Notes under the pieces: generated by a model | What the model was told of the DNA's origin: nothing | Database searches by the model: none | What the model saw: only the letters and a program-made list of their open reading frames with translations | Translations under genes and position numbers: made by a program | In this document: positions 46,807 through 57,090 of the stretch, piece by piece | Layout: every line of letters begins with the position of its first letter | Position numbering within the stretch: position 1 is the first letter of the stretch | Assembly (NCBI GenBank): GCA_947085185.1 | Contig: CAMTVK010000019.1 | Span: forward strand, 21,470 to 85,469 | DNA: 64,000 bases | Origin: Candidatus Fraserbacteria bacterium | GTDB taxonomy: Bacteria; Bipolaricaulota; Bipolaricaulia; RBG-16-55-9; DRXL01 | Reading direction: 5' to 3'

Positions 46807-49080
46807 GTGCACAAGCGAGAGGCAGAGACTAGAGTGATTCGGTTACGATCGGACAGTTGGGTGCTTCTGTGGGGTGTGCTCGTTGCGGCTCTCGTGCTCT
46901 GGAGCGCCTCGTCTTCACCCCCTGTGAGTTCAGAGTTAGGGATTCCAAGCCCCCAGGCGGAACCGGGAGGAACTCCGTATGCCAAACTCGATCCGTTCTT
47001 GCGACTTTTGGCAAATCGCGTGCACCGCGATCCCTCGACGGACCTTGCGCGCTTTGCCCCAATGGTCGCAGTCTATAGCGCTCCTTCTTATGCCCCGCTC
47101 GCTGCGCAAGGAGACGAACCACGACTAGGCGTCTTGATCAAAACGAGGGCACCCCTCTCACGGGTGTGGTCTGTCACCCCGCTCACGCGAGATCTCGCCC
47201 TCGCCCGCGTCACCCTCGATGAGCTGAGAGAACTGGCGCAGCTCCCAGAGGTCGTCTTCATCGAAGCGAGCTATCGTTTAGAGCCGCACATCGATAGGAG
47301 CGTTCCTGCGGTGGGCGCTCGCTCTCTGCACAAGATGAGCCCCCAAGCTACGGGCAGGGGCGTCATCGTCGGCATGGTGGACACGGGGATAGATTGGACG
47401 CATCGGGATTTTCGCACCGATCGCGACGGCGACGGCTTCGAAGAGTCCTCGCGAGTTCTTTGGTTATGGGATCAGACGGAGACGGGGACCTTCGGCAGCC
47501 CGCGCACAGTCCCGTTCGGCACTGAGTACACCAAAGAAGAGCTCGAGAGAGCGCTGCGCTCAGGGATGGGCATTGTCAATGGACGGGACGAGTCCGGCCA
47601 CGGCACCCACGTCACCGGCATCGCTGTTGGAGATGGCTCGTCCTCCGGGGGAACGTTTGTGGGCATGGCCCCAAACGCCGAGATCATATTTGTCAAGACG
47701 AGCTATTTCAGCACCGATATTGTCGAAGGGGTTCGATATATCTTCGACAAATCTGAGTGGCTCGGCAAGCCCGCTGTGGTCAATCTGAGCTTGGGCGGAC
47801 ACTTCGGGCCGCACGACGGCACAAGTCTGTTTGAGCAGAGCTTGGAAGCTTTTCTCGAGCGTCCCGGTCGCGCCATCGTCGCCTCTGCAGGCAACGACGG
47901 CGACCAGAAGATTCATATAGGGAGACAGCTGCGTCCCAAAGAAGCATTTACGTTTGCGTTCGTCCCCACAGGGGAGACGGCGTATGTGAACATTTGGTAT
48001 TCCGGCACGGCGAATTTTACCGTTGCGGTGACGTCGCCGGGGATCAACGGGCCGCCTCAGACGGTGCTGGCGTTGCGCGGCCAGGGGGAGTTCCAAAACA
48101 CCCCCGACGGCTCCGTCGAGATCGATAACGCCGGAGGTGGGCTCGACCCGCGCAACAGAGATCGAGCGATTGCGATCTCACTGGAGCGCGCGCCGCCCAA
48201 CTCATCATGGTATATTACTCTGACAGACCAAGGGGGCACGGGGGGCAGATTCGACGCCTGGCCGGGGCTCGCTTCCATGGGGTACTTCCCCGAAGGCGAC
48301 GCACTCTCGACGATCACTGAGCCGGCAACGGCGAAAAAGATTATTGCCGTTGGGGCATACACGACGAAGATCTTTTGGACCGGGGCCGACGGTCACCCCC
48401 ATCGCTTCACGGACGCCCCAAGCGAAGGAGAGCTGGCGCCCTTCTCGGCGCGCGGGCCAACCCGCGACGGACGTCTCAAGCCCGACCTGACCGCCCCAGG
48501 GACGGCCATCGTCTCGGCGCTCGCGAAGAACTCTGAAGTCTCTCAGAGCACCAAGCTCGTCCTGCCAGGGGGAGACTACGTGGCCATGCAGGGGACATCT
48601 ATGGCTGCGCCGCACGTCGCCGGAGCTATTGCGTTGCTCTTGCAAGCGCAGCCCCATCTGACGGCCGAAGAGATTCTCCGTCAGCTCACACGGACGGCCC
48701 TGCACGATGCGTTCACCACGGACCCCAGGGCGTGGGGCGCGGGCAAGCTCCAGATAGACCGGGGCTTCGAGACGCTTGGGCTGCAAGATCAATTGAGTGC
48801 CAATCGTCCGGCCCTCAAAATCGGCCCCAACCCCGCAGTCCGATCCGTGACGCTCTTCTACGCGACCGTGGGCAGCCCGCGCACGGTCGAACTGATGGTC
48901 TTCGATCTTGTGGGAAGGCTCGTCTATAAGCGAGAACTCCCCGCGCAAGGGCAGCGCTTCCAATGGACGCTGCAGGACTTAGAGAATAGACCCCTTGCCC
49001 CAGGACTCTATCTCATTGTCGTGACCGCCGATGGCCGACCTAGTACCCCTTATCCCTTGGTCGTGCGCAGATCACAATGA
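46807..49080 (+). CDS. S8 subtilisin-like protease with a C-terminal T9SS type-A sorting-like domain
   Basis: VDTGID, GHGTHVTGIA, GTSMAAPHVAG triad; tail IGPNP..MVFDLVGRLV..W..RPLAPGLYLIVV; start uncertain. Confidence 0.9.
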   Translation: MHKREAETRVIRLRSDSWVLLWGVLVAALVLWSASSSPPVSSELGIPSPQAEPGGTPYAKLDPFLRLLANRVHRDPSTDLARFAPMVAVYSAPSYAPLAAQGDEPRLGVLIKTRAPLSRVWSVTPLTRDLALARVTLDELRELAQLPEVVFIEASYRLEPHIDRSVPAVGARSLHKMSPQATGRGVIVGMVDTGIDWTHRDFRTDRDGDGFEESSRVLWLWDQTETGTFGSPRTVPFGTEYTKEELERALRSGMGIVNGRDESGHGTHVTGIAVGDGSSSGGTFVGMAPNAEIIFVKTSYFSTDIVEGVRYIFDKSEWLGKPAVVNLSLGGHFGPHDGTSLFEQSLEAFLERPGRAIVASAGNDGDQKIHIGRQLRPKEAFTFAFVPTGETAYVNIWYSGTANFTVAVTSPGINGPPQTVLALRGQGEFQNTPDGSVEIDNAGGGLDPRNRDRAIAISLERAPPNSSWYITLTDQGGTGGRFDAWPGLASMGYFPEGDALSTITEPATAKKIIAVGAYTTKIFWTGADGHPHRFTDAPSEGELAPFSARGPTRDGRLKPDLTAPGTAIVSALAKNSEVSQSTKLVLPGGDYVAMQGTSMAAPHVAGAIALLLQAQPHLTAEEILRQLTRTALHDAFTTDPRAWGAGKLQIDRGFETLGLQDQLSANRPALKIGPNPAVRSVTLFYATVGSPRTVELMVFDLVGRLVYKRELPAQGQRFQWTLQDLENRPLAPGLYLIVVTADGRPSTPYPLVVRRSQ

Positions 49081-49877
49081 GATACTTACTCTGTGTGGTG
49101 AGCATAGCGCTGCTAGGCACACCCAGTCAGGCTGTGCCTATCATCTTGGAGATGGGGACAAGCGCCCGTGCTGTGGGGATGGGTGGAGCGTTTACAGCGA
49201 TCGCCGACGACGAGAGCGCGGTCTTCTATAATCCCGCGGGCCTGGCGTTTCTCGGCAAACTCACAGTTTCCGCATTCTATCAGCGTGCGTTTGACGTCGT
49301 GCATCATATAGCGCTGACCGCGGCGTCGTCCGGCTGGGGCGCTCAGTTCATCCGCATAGATACAGGCCCCCTGGAGAGCACCAACGAGTTCGGCAACCCC
49401 TCCGGGGAACCGATGCCATACGCCAGCCAAGCGGGTTTGGTAGGGATCGCGTTCGGGAGAGAGTATATGGCTCTGGGGCTGCGCGGAAAGCTCTCAAGCG
49501 ATGGCACTGAGACTTCCTGGGGTCTGGACGCGGGGGCATTGGCGCGGCTTGGGGGGCTGCGCGTGGGGATAGTCGCGGAAGATCTTCTGGGAATGGCGGA
49601 GTTATCTCTTCGGGCTGGGATGGCGCTTGAAGTAGAGTTGAGCCCACGCATAGCCGTGACTCTAGCTCTGGAGGGATGGAATCTCTTAAGCAGTCCGGAG
49701 CTGCATCTTGGGCTGGAAGTCTCGGTGAACGGCGTGCACATTCGAGTTGGTTATGACGGCGTAGCTGTTATCACTGGAGCGGGGGCGCGATGGAACAGCA
49801 TCCGGCTTGATTGGGCGTATCGGATGCATCCCCAGCTGCCCGCTTCTGCTATTGTTACGGTCGCGTATCTGTTCTAG
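49077..49877 (+). CDS. PorV/PorQ (FadL-like) outer-membrane beta-barrel
   Basis: Signal peptide; SARAVGMGGAFTAIADDESAVFYNPAGLA; ends TVAYLF. Confidence 0.8.
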   Translation: MRYLLCVVSIALLGTPSQAVPIILEMGTSARAVGMGGAFTAIADDESAVFYNPAGLAFLGKLTVSAFYQRAFDVVHHIALTAASSGWGAQFIRIDTGPLESTNEFGNPSGEPMPYASQAGLVGIAFGREYMALGLRGKLSSDGTETSWGLDAGALARLGGLRVGIVAEDLLGMAELSLRAGMALEVELSPRIAVTLALEGWNLLSSPELHLGLEVSVNGVHIRVGYDGVAVITGAGARWNSIRLDWAYRMHPQLPASAIVTVAYLF

Positions 49878-49891
49878 AGAAGGAGGACGCT

Positions 49892-52800
49892 ATGGGGAAT
49901 CGTATCGTAAAGCTCTTGCTCTATCTTGTGATCGGGGTGGTGGTGACGGCCAGCTCTCAAGAGCGACCTCCCCATGAAGAGACGCTCTCGGTGAGTTACT
50001 CCGGCGAACTAGGGTGGACGATCAAGTATGGTCTGGGGGACTCGCGCGAGCTCTCCCGACGCGGCTATGCCAATCAAGTGCTCTTCGAGCAATATGTCGC
50101 GCTGACGCTGGATGCTGGAGTCCAAGTGGACTGGCCCATCTCTGGGGTTTTGCGCGTCAGTGCCCAACTGGACAACCGCAAAGCCAATAACTTACAGAGC
50201 TTCAAGATGGGGTACAAAGCCCAGGCTCTTGAGGCCGCGTTTGAAGATTTCTCGATGCGGGCGGGCAGCTCCGACTTTGTCGCCACAGAGAGACTGCTCA
50301 AGGGGCTGCGCTTTAGCTGGGATATCTCAGACACTATGAAGCTCTCCGGGAAATTCGCGCGTGTGGAAGGGATCTCCGAGTCGCGCATCTTTCGCGGCAA
50401 CACCAGCCGACAGACCGTGGAATTCACTCAACAAGACCCAGCTGCACCTTGGCTCGAAGCCCCCTATCAGACAAATCTGAAAGGGCTCGAATACTTTCAG
50501 CTCCACAGCTACGTCCCCGGTTTCACGACCGTCTCGATGCGCTTTGCGCTGACGCCGCAGCTGCGCGCCCTGCTCACCAATTACGGCTTAGACTATCTCA
50601 TCGAGACTATTGAGAACGATCCCGAGCCGGAGCTCGATGCGACGCTCTATGATGTCATAAGCGAGAACGGCTCGAACTTTCTTGTGCTCAAGCGCCCAGC
50701 CCTAGAGATATTGCGCGATCAGATCCGCACATACATTGAAGACTACAACGATGAGCATAATCTCTTCGATGAGAACGCCAAAGAATATCCCCTCGGCGAA
50801 GGGACCGACTACGAACAGAGCTTTCTGAAGAGCGTGAGCAAGCTTGTCGCGCTGACGACCTCCGATGAGGCGTTCCCTCTCGATAGCGCCAAGCGCGGAC
50901 GCTTCTTCTCTCTGGGGCGCGAGAGCGTCAAAGAAGAGACGTTGAAGCTCGAGATCAAGCGCCAAGGGAGCTATATTCAGATTCCCGATCCCGATCTGCC
51001 TCAATTTCAGTTCACACTCTTTGCCGAGCAAGGGATTGTGGCGCTCGATTTCCCCGAAGAGTTTTTCGCCAACCCCCAAAGCGCTGTACGCATCACGTTC
51101 GACTACACCGTGCCGGGGGGCTTATATGTGCTGGGGCTGGCTGTCTTACAGAACAGCGAACGCGTCTATATCAAGCGCGAAGGCGAACAAGAGTATAAAT
51201 TATTGCGACGCGATCAAGACTATCAGATAGACTACGAGACCGGAGCACTGTTGCTCTTGCCCCCTTATGATGTGCTCGGCGACAAAGACGAGCTGAAGAT
51301 CGAATACGAGCTGATGCGAGGCGGTCTGGGGGGCTTCGCTGAGCATCAGCGCGTCTTCACGGGGCTTTCGTACCAATGGACGCCATGGCCGTCCTTGAAG
51401 ATCTCTCTCGATGCGCTGCGCGCCTTTGATACCCCCGCATCTGCCGAGAACCGGGATCGCCTGCGCACCATGCCCAATACCCATTCGGTCTTGGGAATGG
51501 CCGCTCAACTGAACTTGGGCGATCTCCAAGCTGATCTCAAACTCGGCTACACTGAGAATATCTTCCCTACGGTGCCGTTCAGTGGCGCCAAAGCGTATCA
51601 CACCAACGAGAGACTCAACCAACGCAATCGCATTAACGTCATTGCGGGGGTCACGTTTGAAGGGCGGCGGGTGACGTTGATTGGGCATCAGAACGGGTTG
51701 CTCGTCTACGACGGCTCGCGCTGGCAGAGCTTCACCACGGCCCAGGGGCTATCCGGGCGCGGGGTGCGTGCCATCGCGGTGACGAGAAATACTGTGCTTG
51801 TGGCCACGGACTCCGGACTCTCGATGGTGAAGCTCGAGCCGGGACGCCCCGTGCTCGAAAGCTTCGCCAAGCCCATCAATTGGAGGCGTTTTTATAGCTT
51901 AGACGGCCTGCCCCATAACGAGACGTACGATCTCTTGATTGACCGATCGGGCACAGTATGGGTGGGCACCAAGGAGGGTCTGGCTCGTGTCCCATTCGCT
52001 CAGATCACCGAGAAGACTGCCTGGAAGACCCTCAAAAAGAGCGCTATCTCGGGGTTGCGCAGCGATCTCATCACGAAGATCCTCAGCGATGGGACACGGC
52101 TCTATCTTGGCACAGATAAAGGGCTCGTGCTCTACGAGCCTGAGACGGGGCGCTCCGTCGAAGTCGCGGAGCTGCGCGGCCAAGTTATTCGAGATCTCGC
52201 GCTGTCGGGGACGACGGTCTACGTTGCGACCGACCGTGGGATCTATGAGCTGACGGATGGTTTTGAGGTGGGCTGGCGCGTCAAAGACTTAAAAGTCTAT
52301 GCGCTCGCCGTGCAGGGCACAGAGTTATGGTACGGCACGGAGATCGGGCTCTTTCGCTTGAGCTCTGATGTCCCTGTCATTCAAGAGTATGCAATCACTG
52401 CGATCGAGAAGAACGCCCGTGCGGAGCATCTGTGGGTTGGCCCGCGCGCTTCATCTACATTTGAGATGCCCTTGTGGAAGATTGATCCTTCCGGGAGCGT
52501 GAAAACATACTCTCAAGCCGAGACACGCTTGAACGGACGAGATGAGTTTCGCTTTGAAGATATATCTCCTGACAAGAACACCGATCATGGCTGGCTGGCG
52601 CAGCTCTCGGCACAGTACAAGATAGGCGCGTTAGAGCTCAGGGCACTGCTCGAGCGCATCACCCCGGAATTTCTCGCTATCGGTCAGGAGAGCCGCCAAG
52701 ACGCACAACGCCTGACGCTCAGCGCCCAATGGCCCCTCTCGCCGACTCTGTCGCTCTCAGGCGATCACGTGATGAGCGTAGCGGGGGGCTGGCGCACCTT

Positions 52801-54016
52801 CGTCATGACCGATACCGTGCGTGCTCAGTGGACTCCTTGGGCCGGCGGCCCTCGGCTCAGCGGGACGCTCGCGCTGGAGCTCACCGACCGAGATCTCTCC
52901 GATCGCGCTACCGGATTCGATATGACGAAGATCACTCTCACCTTCAAGGGCGATCACAAGATAGTCGGGTTCTTGCCCTTCACGCAAGAGCTCACGGTCG
53001 GGGCGACTTATGACGGCCTTTTGACGCTGGCGCGCCTGGGGCGCTCGCTGCTGGACTCCAAAGTAGGGCTGAATATCGGGCTGGCCCTCACTCCCAGCCT
53101 CAAGCTGCGCGGCTCGCTCACGGGGGCGCAGCGCCTCCCTGGAGACTCCGATCTCACTTACACCCTCGGCGGCGACTGGCAGTATACTCTGAACTTTGGG
53201 CAGCTCACGACAAGCTATACCCAGACGACGCGCCTGCGCGGTGGGCGCGGCTCGTTCGACGAGAGCGCTTCAGTCAATCTGCGCCTTAGCGACTTTACGC
53301 TCGCTGACGTCAAGCTCTCCCCAACGCTCACTCTCTCAGGGCGGCGCACGGCGCTTCTGGGCAGTACGCCCCCCAGCGGGACGCTCACGCTCTCTTTCGA
53401 AGGGCGCGCCCTCGGCCAATGGCAGGCGCTCTCCGGATCGCTCCTCACTCGGATGTCGCTCTCGTCAGACGTGCGCACATCCCGAGACTCGCTCAAACAA
53501 GAGTTCACGGGCTCGTTCGCCTGGGCGCTCAGCCCGCAGCTTGCGCCACGGGTCGAGCTGGGGCTGGTGCTGGATACGCTGAGCCATCCGACGCTGGGGC
53601 GCAAGCAGACGCTCCGACCGCGCGCCAGACTCTCGGTAGATTGGACCCCCCAAAGTCTCTGGAAGACCAGCGCTGATCTGTTCTGGCAGATGACCCTCAG
53701 CGAGCGCGAGCGCACCAGCACGTATGAGATCGGAAGTCGAGCTTCGTGGGACCCACTTGATGAGCTCTCGCTGAGCCTAGACGCCCGAGTATCGCTCGAT
53801 ACGCGCCTGCGCGATACCAAGCCCCTAAGCGCGACGACCTGGGAGGTGACGCTCCAGGGCGACTACGAACTTGGCACATTCTGCGCTCCCACCCTTGAGG
53901 GCAGCGATTGCACATTTTCGGCTCTGCTGGGGTATTCAGGTCGGCTGGACCAAGGGGTCGCTGTGCCCTTCGGACAAGGGCTCTTTCTCCGAGCTCAGCT
54001 GGGCTTGAACTTCTAA
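49892..54016 (+). CDS. SprA-like large outer-membrane protein with an inserted beta-propeller
   Basis: LGLAVLQNSERVY..LLRRDQDYQIDYETG.L..LKIEYE (SprA-like repeat); GLS/GLP..W.GT..GL propeller repeats; long amphipathic strand series; ends AQLGLNF; AGGAGG RBS. Confidence 0.65.
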   Translation: MGNRIVKLLLYLVIGVVVTASSQERPPHEETLSVSYSGELGWTIKYGLGDSRELSRRGYANQVLFEQYVALTLDAGVQVDWPISGVLRVSAQLDNRKANNLQSFKMGYKAQALEAAFEDFSMRAGSSDFVATERLLKGLRFSWDISDTMKLSGKFARVEGISESRIFRGNTSRQTVEFTQQDPAAPWLEAPYQTNLKGLEYFQLHSYVPGFTTVSMRFALTPQLRALLTNYGLDYLIETIENDPEPELDATLYDVISENGSNFLVLKRPALEILRDQIRTYIEDYNDEHNLFDENAKEYPLGEGTDYEQSFLKSVSKLVALTTSDEAFPLDSAKRGRFFSLGRESVKEETLKLEIKRQGSYIQIPDPDLPQFQFTLFAEQGIVALDFPEEFFANPQSAVRITFDYTVPGGLYVLGLAVLQNSERVYIKREGEQEYKLLRRDQDYQIDYETGALLLLPPYDVLGDKDELKIEYELMRGGLGGFAEHQRVFTGLSYQWTPWPSLKISLDALRAFDTPASAENRDRLRTMPNTHSVLGMAAQLNLGDLQADLKLGYTENIFPTVPFSGAKAYHTNERLNQRNRINVIAGVTFEGRRVTLIGHQNGLLVYDGSRWQSFTTAQGLSGRGVRAIAVTRNTVLVATDSGLSMVKLEPGRPVLESFAKPINWRRFYSLDGLPHNETYDLLIDRSGTVWVGTKEGLARVPFAQITEKTAWKTLKKSAISGLRSDLITKILSDGTRLYLGTDKGLVLYEPETGRSVEVAELRGQVIRDLALSGTTVYVATDRGIYELTDGFEVGWRVKDLKVYALAVQGTELWYGTEIGLFRLSSDVPVIQEYAITAIEKNARAEHLWVGPRASSTFEMPLWKIDPSGSVKTYSQAETRLNGRDEFRFEDISPDKNTDHGWLAQLSAQYKIGALELRALLERITPEFLAIGQESRQDAQRLTLSAQWPLSPTLSLSGDHVMSVAGGWRTFVMTDTVRAQWTPWAGGPRLSGTLALELTDRDLSDRATGFDMTKITLTFKGDHKIVGFLPFTQELTVGATYDGLLTLARLGRSLLDSKVGLNIGLALTPSLKLRGSLTGAQRLPGDSDLTYTLGGDWQYTLNFGQLTTSYTQTTRLRGGRGSFDESASVNLRLSDFTLADVKLSPTLTLSGRRTALLGSTPPSGTLTLSFEGRALGQWQALSGSLLTRMSLSSDVRTSRDSLKQEFTGSFAWALSPQLAPRVELGLVLDTLSHPTLGRKQTLRPRARLSVDWTPQSLWKTSADLFWQMTLSERERTSTYEIGSRASWDPLDELSLSLDARVSLDTRLRDTKPLSATTWEVTLQGDYELGTFCAPTLEGSDCTFSALLGYSGRLDQGVAVPFGQGLFLRAQLGLNF

Positions 54017-54018
54017 GT

Positions 54019-55137
54019 ATGTCGTTTGTGAGCTTAGTGTTGAAGAATCTGTGGCGCCAGAAGGTGCGCAGTCTCTTGGCGATCGCCGGGATCAGCTTGG
54101 GGATCGCGACTATGATCGCGTTGGGGGCGATCGCCGACGGCCTAGAGTATAGCTTAATCGCGACGCTGCGCTCGGGGAGAGCAGACTTCTCTATTGGGCA
54201 AGCCCACGCCCCCATGATCGTGCTCAGCTCGGTCCCTGAGGCGCGACTCTATGAGATCCAGCGCTGGCCGGAGATCCAACAAGCCGTTGGGGCGCTCGTG
54301 ACGTTCGCGAGCTTCCCTGGGAACCCGTATTTCTTAGCGATCGGCATCGAGCCCGATGCGTTCGAGCTGGGCGGCGTCATTCTCTTAGAAGGGCGCGCGT
54401 TCTCCCAGTACGCCGAAGACGAAGTGCTCCTAGGGAAGAGCGCCGCGAACACCCTCAAACTAAAGCCCGGCGACGCCATCGAGATCGACCGAAAGACTTT
54501 TCAGGTCGTTGGGATCTACGAGACGGGCAATCTCCTCGAAGACGGCGGCGCGTTGTTCCCCTTGCGAACGCTTCAGAACCTCAAGAATCGCCCTGCGGAG
54601 CTCACGGTCATTCTCGTGCGCGTGCGGGAGGGCTTCGCCATCGAAGACGTGATGGCTCGGGTCGAGCGCGAGTATGGGGGCGCGCTCATCACGCTGCGTT
54701 CTGCTGCAGAGTTTCATAAAAACTATCAGAGTTTGAGCTTGGTGCGCGCGGGCACTTGGCTGATTGCGCTCTTGGCGCTGGTGATCGGCGGGATCGGCGT
54801 GATGAACACGATGATCATGTCTGTTTTTGAGCGCACGCGCGAGATCGGGATTCTTCGAGCCGTGGGCTGGCGGCGCGTGCGCGTCTTGCAGCTCATCTTG
54901 GGGGAATCGCTCTTGTTGGGGGGCATCGCAGCGCTTGTCGGGACGCTGCTGGGCTGGGGAGCCGCGCGCGCCGTGACGCTCCTGCCTCAAGTACGCGGGC
55001 TGATCGGTCCGCTCTACACGCCCGATCTGTTCGCCAAGGCCCTGCTCATCGCGCTCATTGTTGGGCTGGTGGGTGGACTCTACCCAGCCTATCGCGCTGC
55101 GAAGATCTCCCCACAAGAAGCGTTACGCTATGAGTGA
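54019..55137 (+). CDS. ABC permease (MacB/FtsX/LolE family)
   Basis: KNLWRQKVRS, IGGIGVMNTM.MSV.ERTREIGILRAVG, PAYRAA..P.EALRYE. Confidence 0.92.
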   Translation: MSFVSLVLKNLWRQKVRSLLAIAGISLGIATMIALGAIADGLEYSLIATLRSGRADFSIGQAHAPMIVLSSVPEARLYEIQRWPEIQQAVGALVTFASFPGNPYFLAIGIEPDAFELGGVILLEGRAFSQYAEDEVLLGKSAANTLKLKPGDAIEIDRKTFQVVGIYETGNLLEDGGALFPLRTLQNLKNRPAELTVILVRVREGFAIEDVMARVEREYGGALITLRSAAEFHKNYQSLSLVRAGTWLIALLALVIGGIGVMNTMIMSVFERTREIGILRAVGWRRVRVLQLILGESLLLGGIAALVGTLLGWGAARAVTLLPQVRGLIGPLYTPDLFAKALLIALIVGLVGGLYPAYRAAKISPQEALRYE

Positions 55138-55810
55138 ACAGATGGTCATCGCGCGCGACCTTGTGAAGACCTACGAAGGCGGGCGCATCCGCGCCCTCGA
55201 CGGCGTCAGCTTAGAGATCTTCTCGGGAGAGTTTGTGGCGATCTGCGGCCCGTCGGGATCGGGCAAGAGCACGCTTCTTCATCTGCTTGGGGCTCTCGAT
55301 AGCCCCGACTCGGGAGAGCTCTGGGTTGCAGGGGAAGACCTCGCTCACAGTCGCGGGGACTTGGCGCGCTTCCGCGCGCGCAAGGTCGGATTTATCTTTC
55401 AGCTGCATAATCTCATACCGTCGCTGACGGCGCTCGAAAATCTCTTGATCCCGACGCTTGAGCTCAATCACTCGCGCCGCGACGCCCACGCGCGCGCTCA
55501 CAGACTCCTAGAGCGTGTGGGGCTGGCGGACAAAGCCCACCGGCGTCCTCCAGAGCTTTCGGGAGGTGAGAGACAGCGCGTCGCTGTCGCCCGAGCCCTC
55601 GTCAATGATCCTGCACTTGTGCTCGCCGACGAACCCACAGGGAGTCTCGACTCAAAGACAGAAAAACACGTGCTCGATCTACTGAAAGAGCTGCGTGCCG
55701 AGCGTGATGTCACCCTGATCTTAGTGACGCACGACCCGCGGGTCGCTCAGCACGCCGATCGCGTCCTTGAGCTTTGGGACGGTCGGATCAAAGCCCCAGT
55801 TGTCTCTTAA
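55130..55810 (+). CDS. ABC ATP-binding protein (LolD/MacB type)
   Basis: [28 protein letters not shown]. Confidence 0.94.
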   Translation: MSEQMVIARDLVKTYEGGRIRALDGVSLEIFSGEFVAICGPSGSGKSTLLHLLGALDSPDSGELWVAGEDLAHSRGDLARFRARKVGFIFQLHNLIPSLTALENLLIPTLELNHSRRDAHARAHRLLERVGLADKAHRRPPELSGGERQRVAVARALVNDPALVLADEPTGSLDSKTEKHVLDLLKELRAERDVTLILVTHDPRVAQHADRVLELWDGRIKAPVVS

Positions 55811-56639
55811 GGATCTTTTCGAAGACCCCTTCAGGCAGGAGCCTGCGCAAGGGCAAGACCGTACGGGCGTCGCGCCCCACGGGATAGCGCAGCTTGGGAT
55901 TGGGATTCTTTATCGCGCGATAGATCGTCTCGGCGACTCGCTCTGGAGGCGCCGCACGAGAGATTCTGCGCAGGCGTCGGCCGCTGGCTTGCTTGAAGAT
56001 CGCATAAGGAGAGCTCTCATTCTGGGCGGCTTGGGCCAGTTGCACGTTCTCCTGAAAATTCGTAGCGATAAACCCTGGCTCAATCAGAATGACTTTGATA
56101 TTCCAAGGAGCCAGCTCGTAGCGTAGCGTCTCCGTTAGCCCCTCGAGAGCGAACTTGCTCGCCGTGTACGGCCCAGAGAAGGGGATGGCCATTCTGCCCA
56201 AGACCGAACTGATATTGACGATCGCGCCCGATCTGCGCGTGCGCATGTGGGGAAGCACAGCGTGCGTGACGCGAATGACCCCGAAGAAATTCGTCTCAAA
56301 CTGCCTCTTCCATTCGTCGAGGGAGACCTCTTCAACGGCGCCGTGCAGCCCATAGCCAGCGTTGTTAACGAGCACGTCAATCCGCCCGCTCTTTTGAAGA
56401 ACCTTCTCGACGGCTCTCTGCACAGCCCCATCGTCGCAGACATCAAGCTGAGCGATCTCGATGGGTAACTTCTCAGATTCGATGATGTTCCGAAGCTCTT
56501 GAGATCTCTCGAGATTGCGCATGGTGGCCCACACGGTGTAGCCCCGACGGGCCAGATAAAGAGAAGTCGCGAACCCGATGCCGCTGTTGCTCCCGGTGAT
56601 GAGCGCGATCATGCTCGCTTCTGTGCTAGGGATGGTCAT
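55788..56639 (-). CDS. SDR family oxidoreductase
   Basis: TGSNSGIG, NNAGY, YTASK; start uncertain. Confidence 0.9.
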   Translation of the reverse strand: MTIPSTEASMIALITGSNSGIGFATSLYLARRGYTVWATMRNLERSQELRNIIESEKLPIEIAQLDVCDDGAVQRAVEKVLQKSGRIDVLVNNAGYGLHGAVEEVSLDEWKRQFETNFFGVIRVTHAVLPHMRTRRSGAIVNISSVLGRMAIPFSGPYTASKFALEGLTETLRYELAPWNIKVILIEPGFIATNFQENVQLAQAAQNESSPYAIFKQASGRRLRRISRAAPPERVAETIYRAIKNPNPKLRYPVGRDARTVLPLRRLLPEGVFEKILKRQLGL

Positions 56640-57090
56640 TGGGGTTCTCCACAACTAAGCCCTCTGCCTGAGCGATCTTGTTTAGGGCATCATCGGCAGA
56701 AACGAAGATTAGCGGAGCCGCACCTGCCGTGCGCAGTTCCTCTTGCACAGCTAAGGCACTGGCTAGTTGGATGGCATCATAGCCCCGTAGGTCATGGCGC
56801 TCAGCTAACTCCATCGCCCGCTCCACGATTCCCGCTACCGTCAACACGACTCGGTATTGACGGTGAAAGTGCTCTTTGAAGGTCGCGATTGCGGCTGCGG
56901 CATCTTGAGCAGCGATCGAGCCCATCCGCGTCCGACGGGTGATGGCTGCCACAATTTCCGCCCCTGTCACCAGCGCTATGAAGATCTCGTTTCCCGCTTG
57001 TGGATCGATCAAATTGCCTACCCAAAGGCTACCGACCTCCTGGGCATAGCGCTTGACGAGCGCGCTGCTGTCGAAGTAATAGGCTGCCAC
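56626..57090 (-). CDS. vapC: VapC PIN-domain toxin
   Basis: YYFDSSALVKRY..E.GS, LRGYDAIQLASA, FVSAD. Confidence 0.9.
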   Translation of the reverse strand: MAAYYFDSSALVKRYAQEVGSLWVGNLIDPQAGNEIFIALVTGAEIVAAITRRTRMGSIAAQDAAAAIATFKEHFHRQYRVVLTVAGIVERAMELAERHDLRGYDAIQLASALAVQEELRTAGAAPLIFVSADDALNKIAQAEGLVVENPNDHP

